Positions 11,116 through 22,952 of a stretch of DNA of 64,000 nt are shown one piece after another. Origin of the DNA: Antedon mediterranea (lineage: Eukaryota; Animalia; Echinodermata); assembly GCF_964355755.1 (NCBI RefSeq), contig NC_092673.1, positions 32,733,648 to 32,797,647 of the forward strand, written 5' to 3'. A program made the translations under genes and the position numbers. Below the pieces are notes generated by a model, which saw only the letters and a list, made by a program, of their open reading frames with translations, made no database searches and was not told where the DNA came from. Within the stretch, counting starts at the first letter, position 1. Each line of letters opens with the position of its first letter.

Positions 11116-12180
11116 TTATCTGACTAGATTCTGAACCCAACTGTTGAATTTAGCAGGGTACCCTAACCACTTAACGAAATATTCTGTCTTTCCATCACGC
11201 TTTCGCCTTTTAATTACTTTTTCGACGCGATATACATCTTTATCAGATTTTGAAACTTTTTGTAATTCTTTTTCGTAGAAATTTCCTTCGATTATATCAT
11301 TGTTCCAGTCCTTTACTTGATACGTTGGCATTGAGGTTCCTTTACGTTTAAATACAGTGAATATCTCTTCTGTCCAGTTTGCTAAATAACCTTTTTCAAA
11401 AATCATTTTATATCTACTGATACGCACTTGATCACCGACTTTAAACTTAAAACGTTTTACCGGATGCTTTCTTTCACCATACAATTTCTGCCACACTTCG
11501 TGCTCGTTGTCGCTTGTAACGAGAATCGGTGCAGTTCCTATAGATCTATGTTTTGAATTATTGTAACTGGAAACTAATTTAGGAAGTGCGTCGATATATT
11601 TTTTATTACCGTTTGCTGTAAATAATTTCCACATTCTCGTTTTTAAAGTTCTATTGAATCGCTCAACTATGCTTGCCTTCGTTTCGTTGTTTGTCGTAAA
11701 GAAATGTATATCTTTAGATTTCAGATACGATTGTACTTTTTTATTTATAAATTCTGTACCTTTATCTGTATGAATTTTAATCGGTTTTCTTATACCTGAT
11801 AACAGTTTTTTCATAGCTTTTAATATGGTATCTGAAGACTTGTTCTTTATCGGTATAACCCACGCATATTTAGATAAGACATCTATGCATGTTATAAGAA
11901 ATGTATTTTGCTTATTGTAACGTTTTAATGAAGTCAAGTCAACCAAATCCATTTCCCATTGTTCATCGATAGCGTTTACTTGTACACGGTTCCTCTTGAA
12001 TTTTCGTTGAATTGGTTTATGTAATGTATATGTATCTTGATTGCTCAGCCATTCCTGAACTTGTTTCTTGGTAATATTTAATTCGTCTTTTACATTTTGA
12101 TGAAGTCGGTCCACACCACCAAAACTACCGGGGTGTTTAGGATCGTAATATACTTTTCTTAAGTACTCATCCATACTCAT
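11116..12180 (-). CDS. Retroviral-like DDE integrase with C-terminal chromodomain
   Basis: YYDPKHPGSFGG; catalytic D (WEMDLVD), D (HTDKGTEF), E (IVERFNRTLK); chromodomain YFVKWLGYPAKFNSWV; intact ORF. Confidence 0.96.
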   Translation of the reverse strand: MSMDEYLRKVYYDPKHPGSFGGVDRLHQNVKDELNITKKQVQEWLSNQDTYTLHKPIQRKFKRNRVQVNAIDEQWEMDLVDLTSLKRYNKQNTFLITCIDVLSKYAWVIPIKNKSSDTILKAMKKLLSGIRKPIKIHTDKGTEFINKKVQSYLKSKDIHFFTTNNETKASIVERFNRTLKTRMWKLFTANGNKKYIDALPKLVSSYNNSKHRSIGTAPILVTSDNEHEVWQKLYGERKHPVKRFKFKVGDQVRISRYKMIFEKGYLANWTEEIFTVFKRKGTSMPTYQVKDWNNDIIEGNFYEKELQKVSKSDKDVYRVEKVIKRRKRDGKTEYFVKWLGYPAKFNSWVQNLVR

Positions 12181-12676
12181 TACCCTCAATCATCCAAATG
12201 AAAATTGTAAAAATAATTCAAATACTTAAATAACACGCAAAGATCAAATTTCATTTTCGTTGTTGTTGTTAAAAACGAAATTTATTTCAATACACATTCT
12301 ATTGCAATACACTTTACAAAACATAAAATCAAAATTACACAATAACAATTAAATAGAAAAAAAAAATACTTTTATATATACACTAACGTATTATTTAGTC
12401 AGAAAGAACAAAATACATTAATCTCAAAAACATTAAATTTATTTTAAAATAACTTTTAAATAGAAATGAAGAAATAACAAATGATAAATTAAATTTTTTT
12501 TTTTAAATTACTTTTACAAATACACTAGCCAGTTATTTAGTACTGAAAAAACCACACCAAAAATAACACACAGGTTAAAATGTTTAAATGCCCATTCAAA
12601 GTGGGTACTCGCATTTAAAAAATTGTTCAATTCAATATCACCAATCCGTTCCGTTTTCCAAAAGATTACATTGTAA

Positions 12677-13207
12677 TTACGGGAACTGTTTTAACCAATC
12701 GTAATTGTCATTCTTGTAGCTTTTTTTGGTCATTTGTGTTTCTGGCATTCCATTGTCATTCATGTCTACACCGGTTCCACAATCGTCAAATCCATCCAAT
12801 TCTAAAAACATTTCATCGACCATGTCCTTTTGTTCCATTAGATCTCTCCACTGCATCATTGTTAAATTAATACCTTTCTTCCCAGGTTTAAATTTACCAT
12901 CTGGTTCTGATTGATAGTATTCTCGGATACATACGTACATATCATCACCCCAACGTTGAGCAACGACGTGCCTCGTTTCATTAAGTTTAATACGTTTAGT
13001 AGCTCTAACTGTAATTCGACTATCATTCTTAAAAAAGTGATTCTTTACGACTGGTCGACAATCTTGTTGAAAAGAAGCGCTTGTATTTGGTTCATCTTCT
13101 ACTCTCTGTCTCTTGCTAGACCTCATAACTCGCTGCATAGTAGCCTTAGCCTTCTTATCAGCTAATTTAGAATCGGCGTAATCAGCTGTTGGTTTGTAGA
13201 AGTTCAT
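12677..13207 (-). CDS. PC4/Sub1-like ssDNA-binding (transcriptional coactivator p15) domain protein
   Basis: RHVVAQRWGDDMYVCIREYY...KPGKKGINLTMMQW matches the PC4 signature (VxIREYY...PGKKGIxL..QW). Confidence 0.85.
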   Translation of the reverse strand: MNFYKPTADYADSKLADKKAKATMQRVMRSSKRQRVEDEPNTSASFQQDCRPVVKNHFFKNDSRITVRATKRIKLNETRHVVAQRWGDDMYVCIREYYQSEPDGKFKPGKKGINLTMMQWRDLMEQKDMVDEMFLELDGFDDCGTGVDMNDNGMPETQMTKKSYKNDNYDWLKQFP

Positions 13208-13497
13208 ACTGATGAAAACTGTACTAAAATTCTCTTAATCAAGAATGTGGAAGTGAGTTTAGTGCGTTGTAAGCTGGTACTGATGAGTTCACTATAAATT
13301 TACCCATATATGTATACACACTAAAATAATTTATGCATGATGTCAGTAGCGTCCCTCTTTACCCACTTTTTGTTTTATTTTAAAAGGAAACAAAGAAATC
13401 TTTTCGTAAACGTAACCAATTTAAATGAAAATAAAACTAAACATTGGAAAACAAAAATCATCAAAAATAGTGAAACTAACATCATGACGTCACACAT

Positions 13498-14066
13498 TAA
13501 ACTTTAGTATGTCAAACGCCGTGTCACTGATTTCGATTTCTCTCCTTTGTTAACAAATCCGGAAGATGGTTAATTACCTGTCGGTATAGTTCAATCAAGA
13601 CATACTTATTATTTAACTTCATTCATTCTTATCTTTTTGTTTTAGTCATTGTTATAATATCCGGATCAAATAACTTATGTCTTTGGATTATGTCGGCATA
13701 CATCAAGCAAAAACCTCAATTAACTAGTTTTAATTAACCAGGTGCATCTTTATTGACTATGACTAATTCAAATCTTACAAAAACTATATTGTCTCACTTC
13801 CTTACCCTATGTTAACCATTGTATTATAATCCGAAACATAACACCTATTGACTTCAACCATTGTAAACCATTTGTTCTCATCACAAGCAACTAAATTACC
13901 ATATCATTTTTTTTTAATATTTATTAATTTTATATTATAATGTATATTAATATATAACAATTCTATATAACAATTCTAGTGAAATGATATTCTCTATTGT
14001 CTTATACTACCCCCATTGTTAACCATTGTTATAATCACGACTGACTATACCTCCATGTACACTACT
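13498..14066 (-). repeat. Right terminal inverted repeat of the Polinton
   Basis: Reverse complement of 154-722; ends CACTACT. Confidence 0.97.
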
Positions 14067-16071
14067 TCTCCACTTATTCGTATTCCATTTCCCCCAGATT
14101 TTAATATTGTCTAGGTCAATCACTCAATCCATTATTTTTCGCATGATTTACCATTTTTTAAATTTTGATGACGTCACCATTTTCAAAAGCGTGAATTATT
14201 TGGTCACTTATTTTCATCATTAGGCCTACAGTAAATTTTAATATGTTAGAAAAGTGATACTCATGATTAAAACGTTTTGTGGAAGCTGTTGAATTGTAGA
14301 TACGAATTATTCATGTGAACATTTTGCCAATCAGATGTTGTAACGGCATCATTATGTCCAGTTGAATTTAAAAAGTCGTATTTTCATCTTTTGCGTCATA
14401 GTTCATCACATATAAACAGGCGCGCATCTATAATTCTACGTATCCAAATTTCTTCAACACGTTAATATGTTGTTACTCAGATAATTCCCTTTCAAAATTG
14501 CTATCTGCGTGTTTCATTTAATGACGTCATCATGTTAAAAATTAGAATAAAAGGCGGGTCCCGTTATTTTCACCTATGCTGCACTGTAGTATGTATACAG
14601 TATGTGTATGCTGTATATATACTTTGACACAAAATAGAAAGCACACTAACAACATTTTATTTTCTTTAGGTCACAATGGCATAATCTTTTTTCTGTGCGT
14701 AATATTCTAACATTATGATGTGCTCATATATGCTATAGCATTTGCGCGGCGGATAACCTACCATATGACGTCATAGGTACGTCATATGGATATTTAAATA
14801 TGCGAATTAGAATGTTTAATATCACATTTATATCTAATCGTAATGCACTTAGGTGGTCTAAATCCAACCGTTAAGGAGATATGGGTATAGATATAACTGA
14901 GTAATGTTATTCAATGATTGTAATGTAGGAATAACAAAATCGTTTAATCTTACGGCTAGCCTCTATTATTTTTTTTTTGTATTTGTGAACAATGAGATTC
15001 GGTATTGGGAAAATTATTCTATAATACACTACCTACCTAAAAAGAAATTGGTGAACAAAATTAGATTTGTAAAAAAATGCGTTTTATAAAGGATATATTA
15101 ACCAAATCATATATATTTTCAATATTTGACCTCCAATTCCTCGTTCTCATATTTTCCCACTTTCTCACCAAATAACTCAGTAATGCCTTGTTCAAATTTA
15201 GTCAATTTTTTACAAAAGATAGTTCACACAATTGTATTTTGCATAGCATAGTCTCTTTTCCAAATAATAGTTAATTTTCCAAAACCAACAAAAAACCTAA
15301 AAATATGTTTCATATAGGCCTATATAGTAGTGATTTTTTTAAAAGAATGGCTAGAGGAGAAAATGGTCAGATCTTTTGCCTATTTTTTTTATTAAAATGA
15401 TTAGATGACTGTAGACCTCAAGTTAGACCAAACAATGTTGTTTTACTATGATTGATGTTAATGTTTTTTAGGTTTCAGTTGTTTTACTCAGGGGTAGAAG
15501 CTAGCCTTATTTTTTTAAAGTTTACTCTAGTAAAGTTTGCAAGTTTTACCTCAATGAAACAAAGCGACTTAATTCTCTCTCTGCATGTATTATAAGATAT
15601 GCACGTATACATAGCACATTGCAGTTTTGATATTTGATATGAATACTAATTAAGAAAATAATCGGCAAATACAATTCCTCTGCCAGTAATGATCTGATTG
15701 GCCAATAACGTATAGCCGAAGGTACTACACCAATTTCTGAATTTAGAGGAATTGCGGCAGATAACACTATGAAGATTTAAAAGCCTCTTTGCAAAAAGAC
15801 AATGTACTGCTATTGTTGAAGAAAGTTCATAGTCAAGAAACAAGAAACTGCTGGTTACCGGTATTTTAGTGTCGCTATACTATGAACTCATGAGTATGAG
15901 AATCAGTCCAATCGGGTTGACTTGTCTTAAGCACTTGGTAGAAGAGTATCGAGTAGGAACATAAGCATAATTATTATAACATATTTGCGAGATGGCAGAT
16001 AGGAGATTTCTCTCAATCGAGGGAAACATTATTTATTTACATGTATACGTTTGTTTTTCCTTTTATTGTAG

Positions 16072-18644
16072 ATCCGTTATTATTTTCGTAAATTTCCAAA
16101 GCGTTTCTACCATGATTCTGGAAGACCTTTCCGCAGTTTGGTATGCAATTATCTTGTAAGTATTGTAACTCCACACTGTGAAAAAATAATTTGTTTTATT
16201 GTCTTTTTGAGTTCCCCGCTTTTATTTGATCATCATTAACATTTTTTCATTCATTTTATGATTTTTACATTTATACATTATCTAATCTAATTCATCATAA
16301 TTACAGTATTGGTTTATTACATTCTACATACAAAGCATAACCAAACTATTTGTAGTATAGAAATGTAGAAACATCTATGTATAATACAACATATATATTT
16401 ACTAATTCATGATAACATTATTGTAATCTTTTCTTCATTGAAACTTATTCATCAAATTATCTAGATTTGTTTTTATTTTCAATTTATACATTTTAGAGAT
16501 GTCAAAGATATTAGTTTAAACTGTGATTAACGTATTTGTTTGCCATTCTACAGTTATTAACACATCTCATGATCCATATATATTTTTAAAAATGCATATA
16601 ATAATTATTAGCATGTGGATGCATATATATATATATATATATATATAAACATATCTTGAAAAAACATTGCATGCACAAATGCATCTAAAGTGAGTTGTGA
16701 TATCTCTCATCAAACCTGTACTGAATATTGAATTGAAGGCACATTAGGCATAAACCTTATACCAACAAGGACAACTTAATCCGTAAATAAAACAAAACAA
16801 ATGTTGTCCATGTGGCATGGTTACATTATTTTAATTGTCATGTTAATTGGACGTGTAATAGGTCTTGTCTGCAATTAGGAATCAGTAGGCAAAATTGTCC
16901 AACCAAGTCAGCCTATCTTACCACCTAATACTCAATTATCGGCATGTATAGCCATTTCTAAAAATGTTTTTTTGTTAGTTTATTTTCTTTTGTTAAAGAT
17001 GTATTGTCCCTTGAAACACAAAAAATGAAAAAAAAAATATTCTAAATTTAAATTGGCCATATCAAAGTAATATTAAAGTTATTCACTTTAAGTCGAAAAT
17101 TCGAGCCAAAAACAACAGTTTACGTAATTAACAGGTAAATTAATTAGATTACATTTCGTCTGAGAAATCGTCGCAAGCGAAAGTAAACAAAGATTTTAAA
17201 CCATGAGTATGCATTATGCATGATGCTAATTAGGATTGTTTACAACTCATCACGGTTGAGAAGGTGTTTTCACACAGATCGCGAAGAAGTTTATGATTAT
17301 GCATACAGAGTAGCCAAACAAGCGCATTGCATTATGGGATATGTTTTGATTGAAAACTTTGACTGGAAGTCAAAGTTATTTTTTGAAAAAAAAAAACATC
17401 TGTATTTCGGTTAAATTATTATTTTTTTGACTAATTTTTGGTGAAAGTTAATAACTATTATGATACTTCAAAATGACCCACTTTTTTTCGAAATTAAAAA
17501 AAAAATATTTTTTGGTAAAATTGAATAAATTGAAACATTTTCTTGTAGGCATTATCTACAGATGGGGTTGTGTGCTGCTATTCTAGCATCTTTTCTTTTC
17601 TTTGTCCTTAAGAGATTTATAGCACGTCCGATGGCTCTATTTGGTATCATTGGGCTTTATGCAGTCACTGTCTGGGGTATGTATAACCATTGTATAGCAC
17701 TTGTCTAACTGCTTTCATTTTCACATTAATAGACATTTCTTTTTATATAAATTAAAATTGAATGTACCGCGTTGATACTAATTTGTACATGTTGGATTTA
17801 TATTTAATTTAAATGTAAATCCAATATTTATAAATTAGAAATCAATCAATAATAATAATCAATTCGAAATGAGTTTCTTTAGATTTTCCACTTTTTTCCA
17901 GTTTGTTATTACTACTGGATGCGGTACATGGATATTGATAAAATGCAGACTGATGTAGATCAGTCATTTGTGGACCTGGATAGCTACCTAAATTTGAAGG
18001 AGTGGCTTGGTAAGACAGTGCCTTATGATTGATATAAGTTAAATAAAGCATTAAGGAAAAAGTCAGCTTGCGCATGTACACATAATGGTATGAATCCAGT
18101 ACCAAGAATATCGTTAATGTACAGTTATTACATCAGAATTGTTCACTGCTAGCCCGGTAGTGGTACTACGTAGTTAGCAACTTATTATACTTTTGCAATG
18201 CTAGGGAAATTTGAAAGTTATGCCTAATACAACAGTAGATGTACATCTTTCACACACAGAATAACTAGGCCGAAGGTTAGCTTGCTTTTCATAGACCTGA
18301 CTAGTTATTAATTTTTTAAATATTTTTTTAATCCACAAACACGTAAACAAATCAATTGACTATTCATAAAATAATATCAAAGTAACTTTAAATATGTTAG
18401 CATGTACTTAGTAGGACCATGAAGTAATTCAAAGTTGAGAATCTAAAGTAGTTCCTATAAAACACATGCCAAAATCATGTATCGTATAGTCCTTTATTAA
18501 ACAAACTTGTTTTAAAACATCAATGATGTGTTCTTTGTTCTTTTTTCTAGGTATCGCTGCTATTTTATCATTGTTTCTACTCATCATCGTTTGTCTATGC
18601 AAACAAATTATGATTGCTATTGGCGTTCAACAAGAGGGTAAAAA
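16072..18644 (+). pseudogene. Choline transporter-like (SLC44/CTL) exon remnants: 16072-16140, 17549-17676, 18551-18644
   Basis: AG/GT-flanked, phase-compatible exons translate SVIIFVNFQSVSTMILEDLSAVW|HYLQMGLCAAILASFLFFVLKRFIARPMALFGIIGLYAVTVW|GIAAILSLFLLIIVCLCKQIMIAIGVQQEGK. From memory these resemble CTL motifs IFED...W, LLRFLAG.M and LRKRI.IAI...KEAS. Confidence 0.55.
16997..17500 (+). mobile_element. Kolobok-like non-autonomous DNA transposon, copy 1 (partial)
   Basis: Begins TTAA|AGATGTATTGTCCC; ~500 bp is the inverted match of 44151-44685. Confidence 0.65.
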
Positions 18645-19185
18645 GTGAGAAATCGTTGGTTTACCTAATTTGCAAATAGAATAATTTATACTGACCTAAC
18701 TATTAAATAAACGAAATTGTGTCGCAAATACAGTAATATTCAACCGTTTTTTCTGACCTATTGCATTGTATTTATTATTTATTTATTATGTGTTTACTTT
18801 TCTTTGTTTTTTTGTACGCGTAATAAATAAAAACCAAAATTGTACGGTAATAAAGTATCAATGTCCCACTGCTTATGAGTGTCTACGACACCAAATACAA
18901 TGATATGATGATAACAATAGAAAGAAAAAATGGGCGTTTTAATAATTTCTGACGGTGAATTATATCCGCTTACGAGAGGTATCCGCAAAGGGATGTTCAA
19001 CTCAGTTGCTATGATGCACATTTAGCAAATATGGCAAAAGGATAAACGTTTTAAAGTTAGGTATGCGGTAGGCCTACACCATGTGATTCCAAAAAGGAAA
19101 TAAATGAACTTATATAATATTATTATTATTATTATAAGTTTACATATTGAAAGTTTACAGCGAATTAACACTAGTAAGTTAGGTT

Positions 19186-19508
19186 CCATTTACGGCCATC
19201 TAGAATAAGGTCACATGCAAAGTTCCAAACACATTTTCATGTTATACTGCATTATATTCAAACTATTTAATAAACCCCTTACACCCCGAGCTCCGTGGTC
19301 GGTGAATTCGGCAAGCCGGGAGGCAATAATGTATTATCATTTTAGGGCAGACATCATGAATAATGCACAAGCCTAATTATTTTCTATGGTATAGAATTAT
19401 AACATAGCTGACCTATTTCAGGGGGCAGGAGGTTCGGAAACTTAGTATTTTAGTTACAGGCTCCCATGATGGGGATGCGGCGAAGCGACACTAGATGGCC
19501 GTAAATGG
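19186..19508. mobile_element. Small MITE-like element with 18-bp inverted repeats
   Basis: ccatttacggccatctag (19186) and ctagatggccgtaaatgg (19491-19508); no clear TSD. Confidence 0.55.
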
Positions 19509-19790
19509 TACTCTCACACATCAAATTAATAATAAATCACACTTGTTGGCCGGAAATGACACTCCCACAATTTTGTATTGAGCGTTAGTTAATTTTTCCG
19601 TTTACATTAATTATTTCACATAACAAAATAAACTTTCCGCCACCAACCCACGTGTTTTAACATAGGATAATCCAAAAAGCACATTTTATATATTGTTGTT
19701 GTGCCCAAACTGGCTACCAGATCGCCGTTGGCAAAACTTCATTTCACGTTTAAGTACAGTTTAAAAACCGTCACTTCTGTTTACTTACAG

Positions 19791-22700
19791 TTCATTTAAG
19801 ATGGAAGATACATTTTACATACACCAAGTGGTTGAACGTCTAGGACTACAAAAATATTATCCTAGAAAACTAACACGTGAAGAAGTATTTATAGTTTCTA
19901 AAAATGATATTTCACCAGACGAACTCAATGATGATCCAAGCAAAATACCTTGGTACATGCTGCAAAATCTTATAATGTGTAACTATGAAGGAAGATCTTT
20001 TGAGTTAGAAGAAATTGAGCCTTTTGAAGGAAAGGAAATTGCACTCTCTTCTGCTACACAAAAAAGTGGAAAAGAATCAAATCACCGTAAAGTAAGTCCA
20101 ATAGACGCACTAGTAGCTATCTTCTTCTGTTGTGACAACTTTTTAAGACAAATTTTGATTGAAAAATTGTCAACATGTCAGTTAGCTATTCCATTGCTGA
20201 TGCGCGTTACCGACGTACAAAATAAACAATGGGAATTGATTGTGTGGGGAATGAGCACAATCACAAAGAAATGGCAAACGGGTTCCGGTTCATATTGTGA
20301 ACGACCAATGGTGGTAGAAAAGTTACCGATAGTGTCTGCTTTGCGAATAGGAAGACCTAAAATATCAAAATCTAAAATCATCAACTGTGTCATGAATGAG
20401 CAGAAACATGATATTTTCTTTAATTCTGGGTGCAAAGGTGGACATTTAGAACGGAAATTATCAGATGGCTTAATAGAAATATCATGGTACCTTCCAACAC
20501 AGAAATGCATGAATGCTTTTTCAGATGCATTGACTTTTATAAATTTGAGAGGGAACGCATCAGGTTTACATCATCAGACACAATTTTTATCTGAGACATC
20601 ACTGGTCACTATTGCATTCGTGGCATCTGCTGATTATAAAGAGAGTGACAGCAGATTACTTGAATCATTGTACAGACAAAATGGTCATGTAATTTTTGTC
20701 TTAGATGGAACTCCTGGAAAATATTTGAAAACAACCTTTCTTAGGATGGAAAAAAACATACAAAATGTGAATAAACAAGTAAACAGTTTTGTTTCATCAA
20801 TGAAGAAGGAGCTGCAAATAAGCAGATACATTTGGGAATTGCTTGGAATTCATTTTGAAGGAAGAAATCGGAATGCTGTTTGTGATAGGAGTATTGAGAT
20901 GTGCATTGAAGTAGCACAGAAAATGAATTATCATGTTGATGAAATGATACAGGATTGTTTACAGGCTAAACAGGGTTCTGAGGAATTGATCGAGCGTGTT
21001 AGATTAAAAGGAAAACAAAATGAGCTACCTTTGCAGATGGTAACACGAAGCATTGCAGAAATGAAGAGAGAACAGCATCAGCTACTAAAAAATATGCAAA
21101 CTGTAGAATACGTTGATAGACTAAAGAAAGAGATAGACCTACGTAGTAAACAGTTACACATACAGCAAGGTAGATCCGAGCGTTGCGTATATGAGATGTT
21201 TAGAGCCTCATTCACAAACTCTCTTTCAAATAGAAAATATTTCTTTGGTTTTATTAAGATAATGGCTGATCGATATAGCATCGACAGGTTACAACCAATA
21301 CGTGACAAATGGAATGAGTTGTGTGACAAAAGAAAACACGAACCAGAAACATCAAAAGCACAATTAGAATCAATGACAGATAGACTTGAACTTGAACGAC
21401 AACTTTCTAGTGAATCACTTGGATTAGAACACTTCAATCGAGAAGTTGGACAGAATTACGAGATGTCATTAAGTTTAAAATTACGTGACCCCATCGTAGC
21501 AGAAGTTGCTGCTGAAATGTTACTACATGGTTATCCCATTGAGCTGATGGATGGTGATGCAGCCCACGCGCCTCTCACTTGGATTGAAGCCGTTTTTAAT
21601 TCTCTTAAGGACCAGATTGGCAATAAGAAACTATTTGTGTTATCTGTACTAGGCATTCAAAGTAGCGGAAAATCAACCATGTTAAATTCAATGTTTGGCT
21701 TACAATTTGCCGTTAGCGCCTGCAGATGTACTAAGGGTATATTCGCCCAGTTAATCTCACTAGATGAAGATTTAAGAGAAGACACACAATGCCACTACAT
21801 TCTGGTGGTTGACACTGAGGGCTTGTGGTCTCCTGAGTTTGCAAGCATCCATCAGTCCTACTATCGTCATAATGAACTAGCCACGTTTGTCATTGGTTTA
21901 AGTGATCTTACCCTATTAAACATCAAGGGAGAAGATGCAACAGACATGCAAGACACACTTCAAATTGCTGTCCATGCTTTTATGAAAATGGAAAATGTTA
22001 ATATCAATCCAAACTGCTTATTTGTACACCAAAACGTCACTGATGTCTCAGCATCCGATCTGAATGCGACACAACAAAGTATGCGAGAAACTTTAAATAA
22101 AATGACAAAATTTGTAGCCGAAGCCGAAAATTGCAGTGGAAAATATAAATCATTTTCTGATGTCATTAAATTTCATGAAGACAAACACATAATGTACACT
22201 TCAAGTCTTTGGCAAGGAGATCCACCGATGGCGCCCCCAAATCCTGGATACAGCAAATACAGTCTTCGAGTAAAGAAACAAGTCTTGGAAATCATGAATT
22301 ATTCCAAACCTAAAAGTATAGGTGAGTTCACAACATTGCTGTCCGATCTTTGGAGGGCAATATGTCAAAATTCTCTTGATATTCAAGCTTTTTATGCTTT
22401 AAATAAAGAATATGAGAAGCATGCCCGCACATTCAGAAGAAATACACTGACATATAGCGCCAGACTTCAAACAAAATTTAAGAAACTTAGAGCTGAAAAG
22501 ATGAAAAAAGAGGGTGGCAAAATCCTTAACGAGTACATACTGAAGTTACAAAATGACATTGGAGCTTTTCAATTAAGCATGGCGTCATATTTTGAAGAAG
22601 AAGAAAAAGCATGTCAATGGAAATGCAAAATGGATTCACAACGTGACGGTCTTTGTAAAGAAATTGAAAATGAACTGAGGGATGTGTTTAAATCAATGAG

Positions 22701-22825
22701 AAATAAAGCAATTAGAAGAGTTGAAATTGATCCCGAAAATGAAATGAAATTCATTTTGGAACAAGAAAAAACATCTTATAAGGAGTCGAGCACATGTAAA
22801 GAAGAACAAGTTCAAACAGAAACAG
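19791..22825 (+). CDS. GVIN1: VLIG/GVIN1-like very large GTPase exon, copy 1; C-terminally truncated, ends at a splice donor
   Basis: G1 GIQSSGKSTMLN, G3 DTEG, NELATF, LWQGDPPMAPPNPGYS; acceptor ttacag|19791, donor ACAG|GTTAGT at 22825; lacks the ~550-aa C-terminal part present in copies 2 and 3. Confidence 0.85.
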
Positions 22826-22952
22826 GTTAGTTAGTGCAGTTAAATTGTTAGTATTACTATAAGCCAATATTCAAGATATATATTTTATTGCCTTTGATAC
22901 TATTCTGTTGGTATTCAAATACAAAACGTATTTGTATTGTTTTATTAAACAG

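Larger units (their letters stand above)
154..14066. mobile_element. Polinton/Maverick (adintovirus-type) element, full length, partly decayed
   Basis: Termini AGTAGTG...CACTACT; 569-bp TIRs; flanks tatcca (148-153) and tctcca (14067-14072) form a 6-bp TSD with 1 mismatch; canonical pPolB, ATPase, protease, MCP, mCP and integrase gene set inside. Confidence 0.97.

Noticed and set aside
15650-15950. Further coding-like remnant, perhaps an upstream SLC44 exon
   Set aside because: Stops in the frames I read and no clear splice sites; cannot be supported without a homology search.
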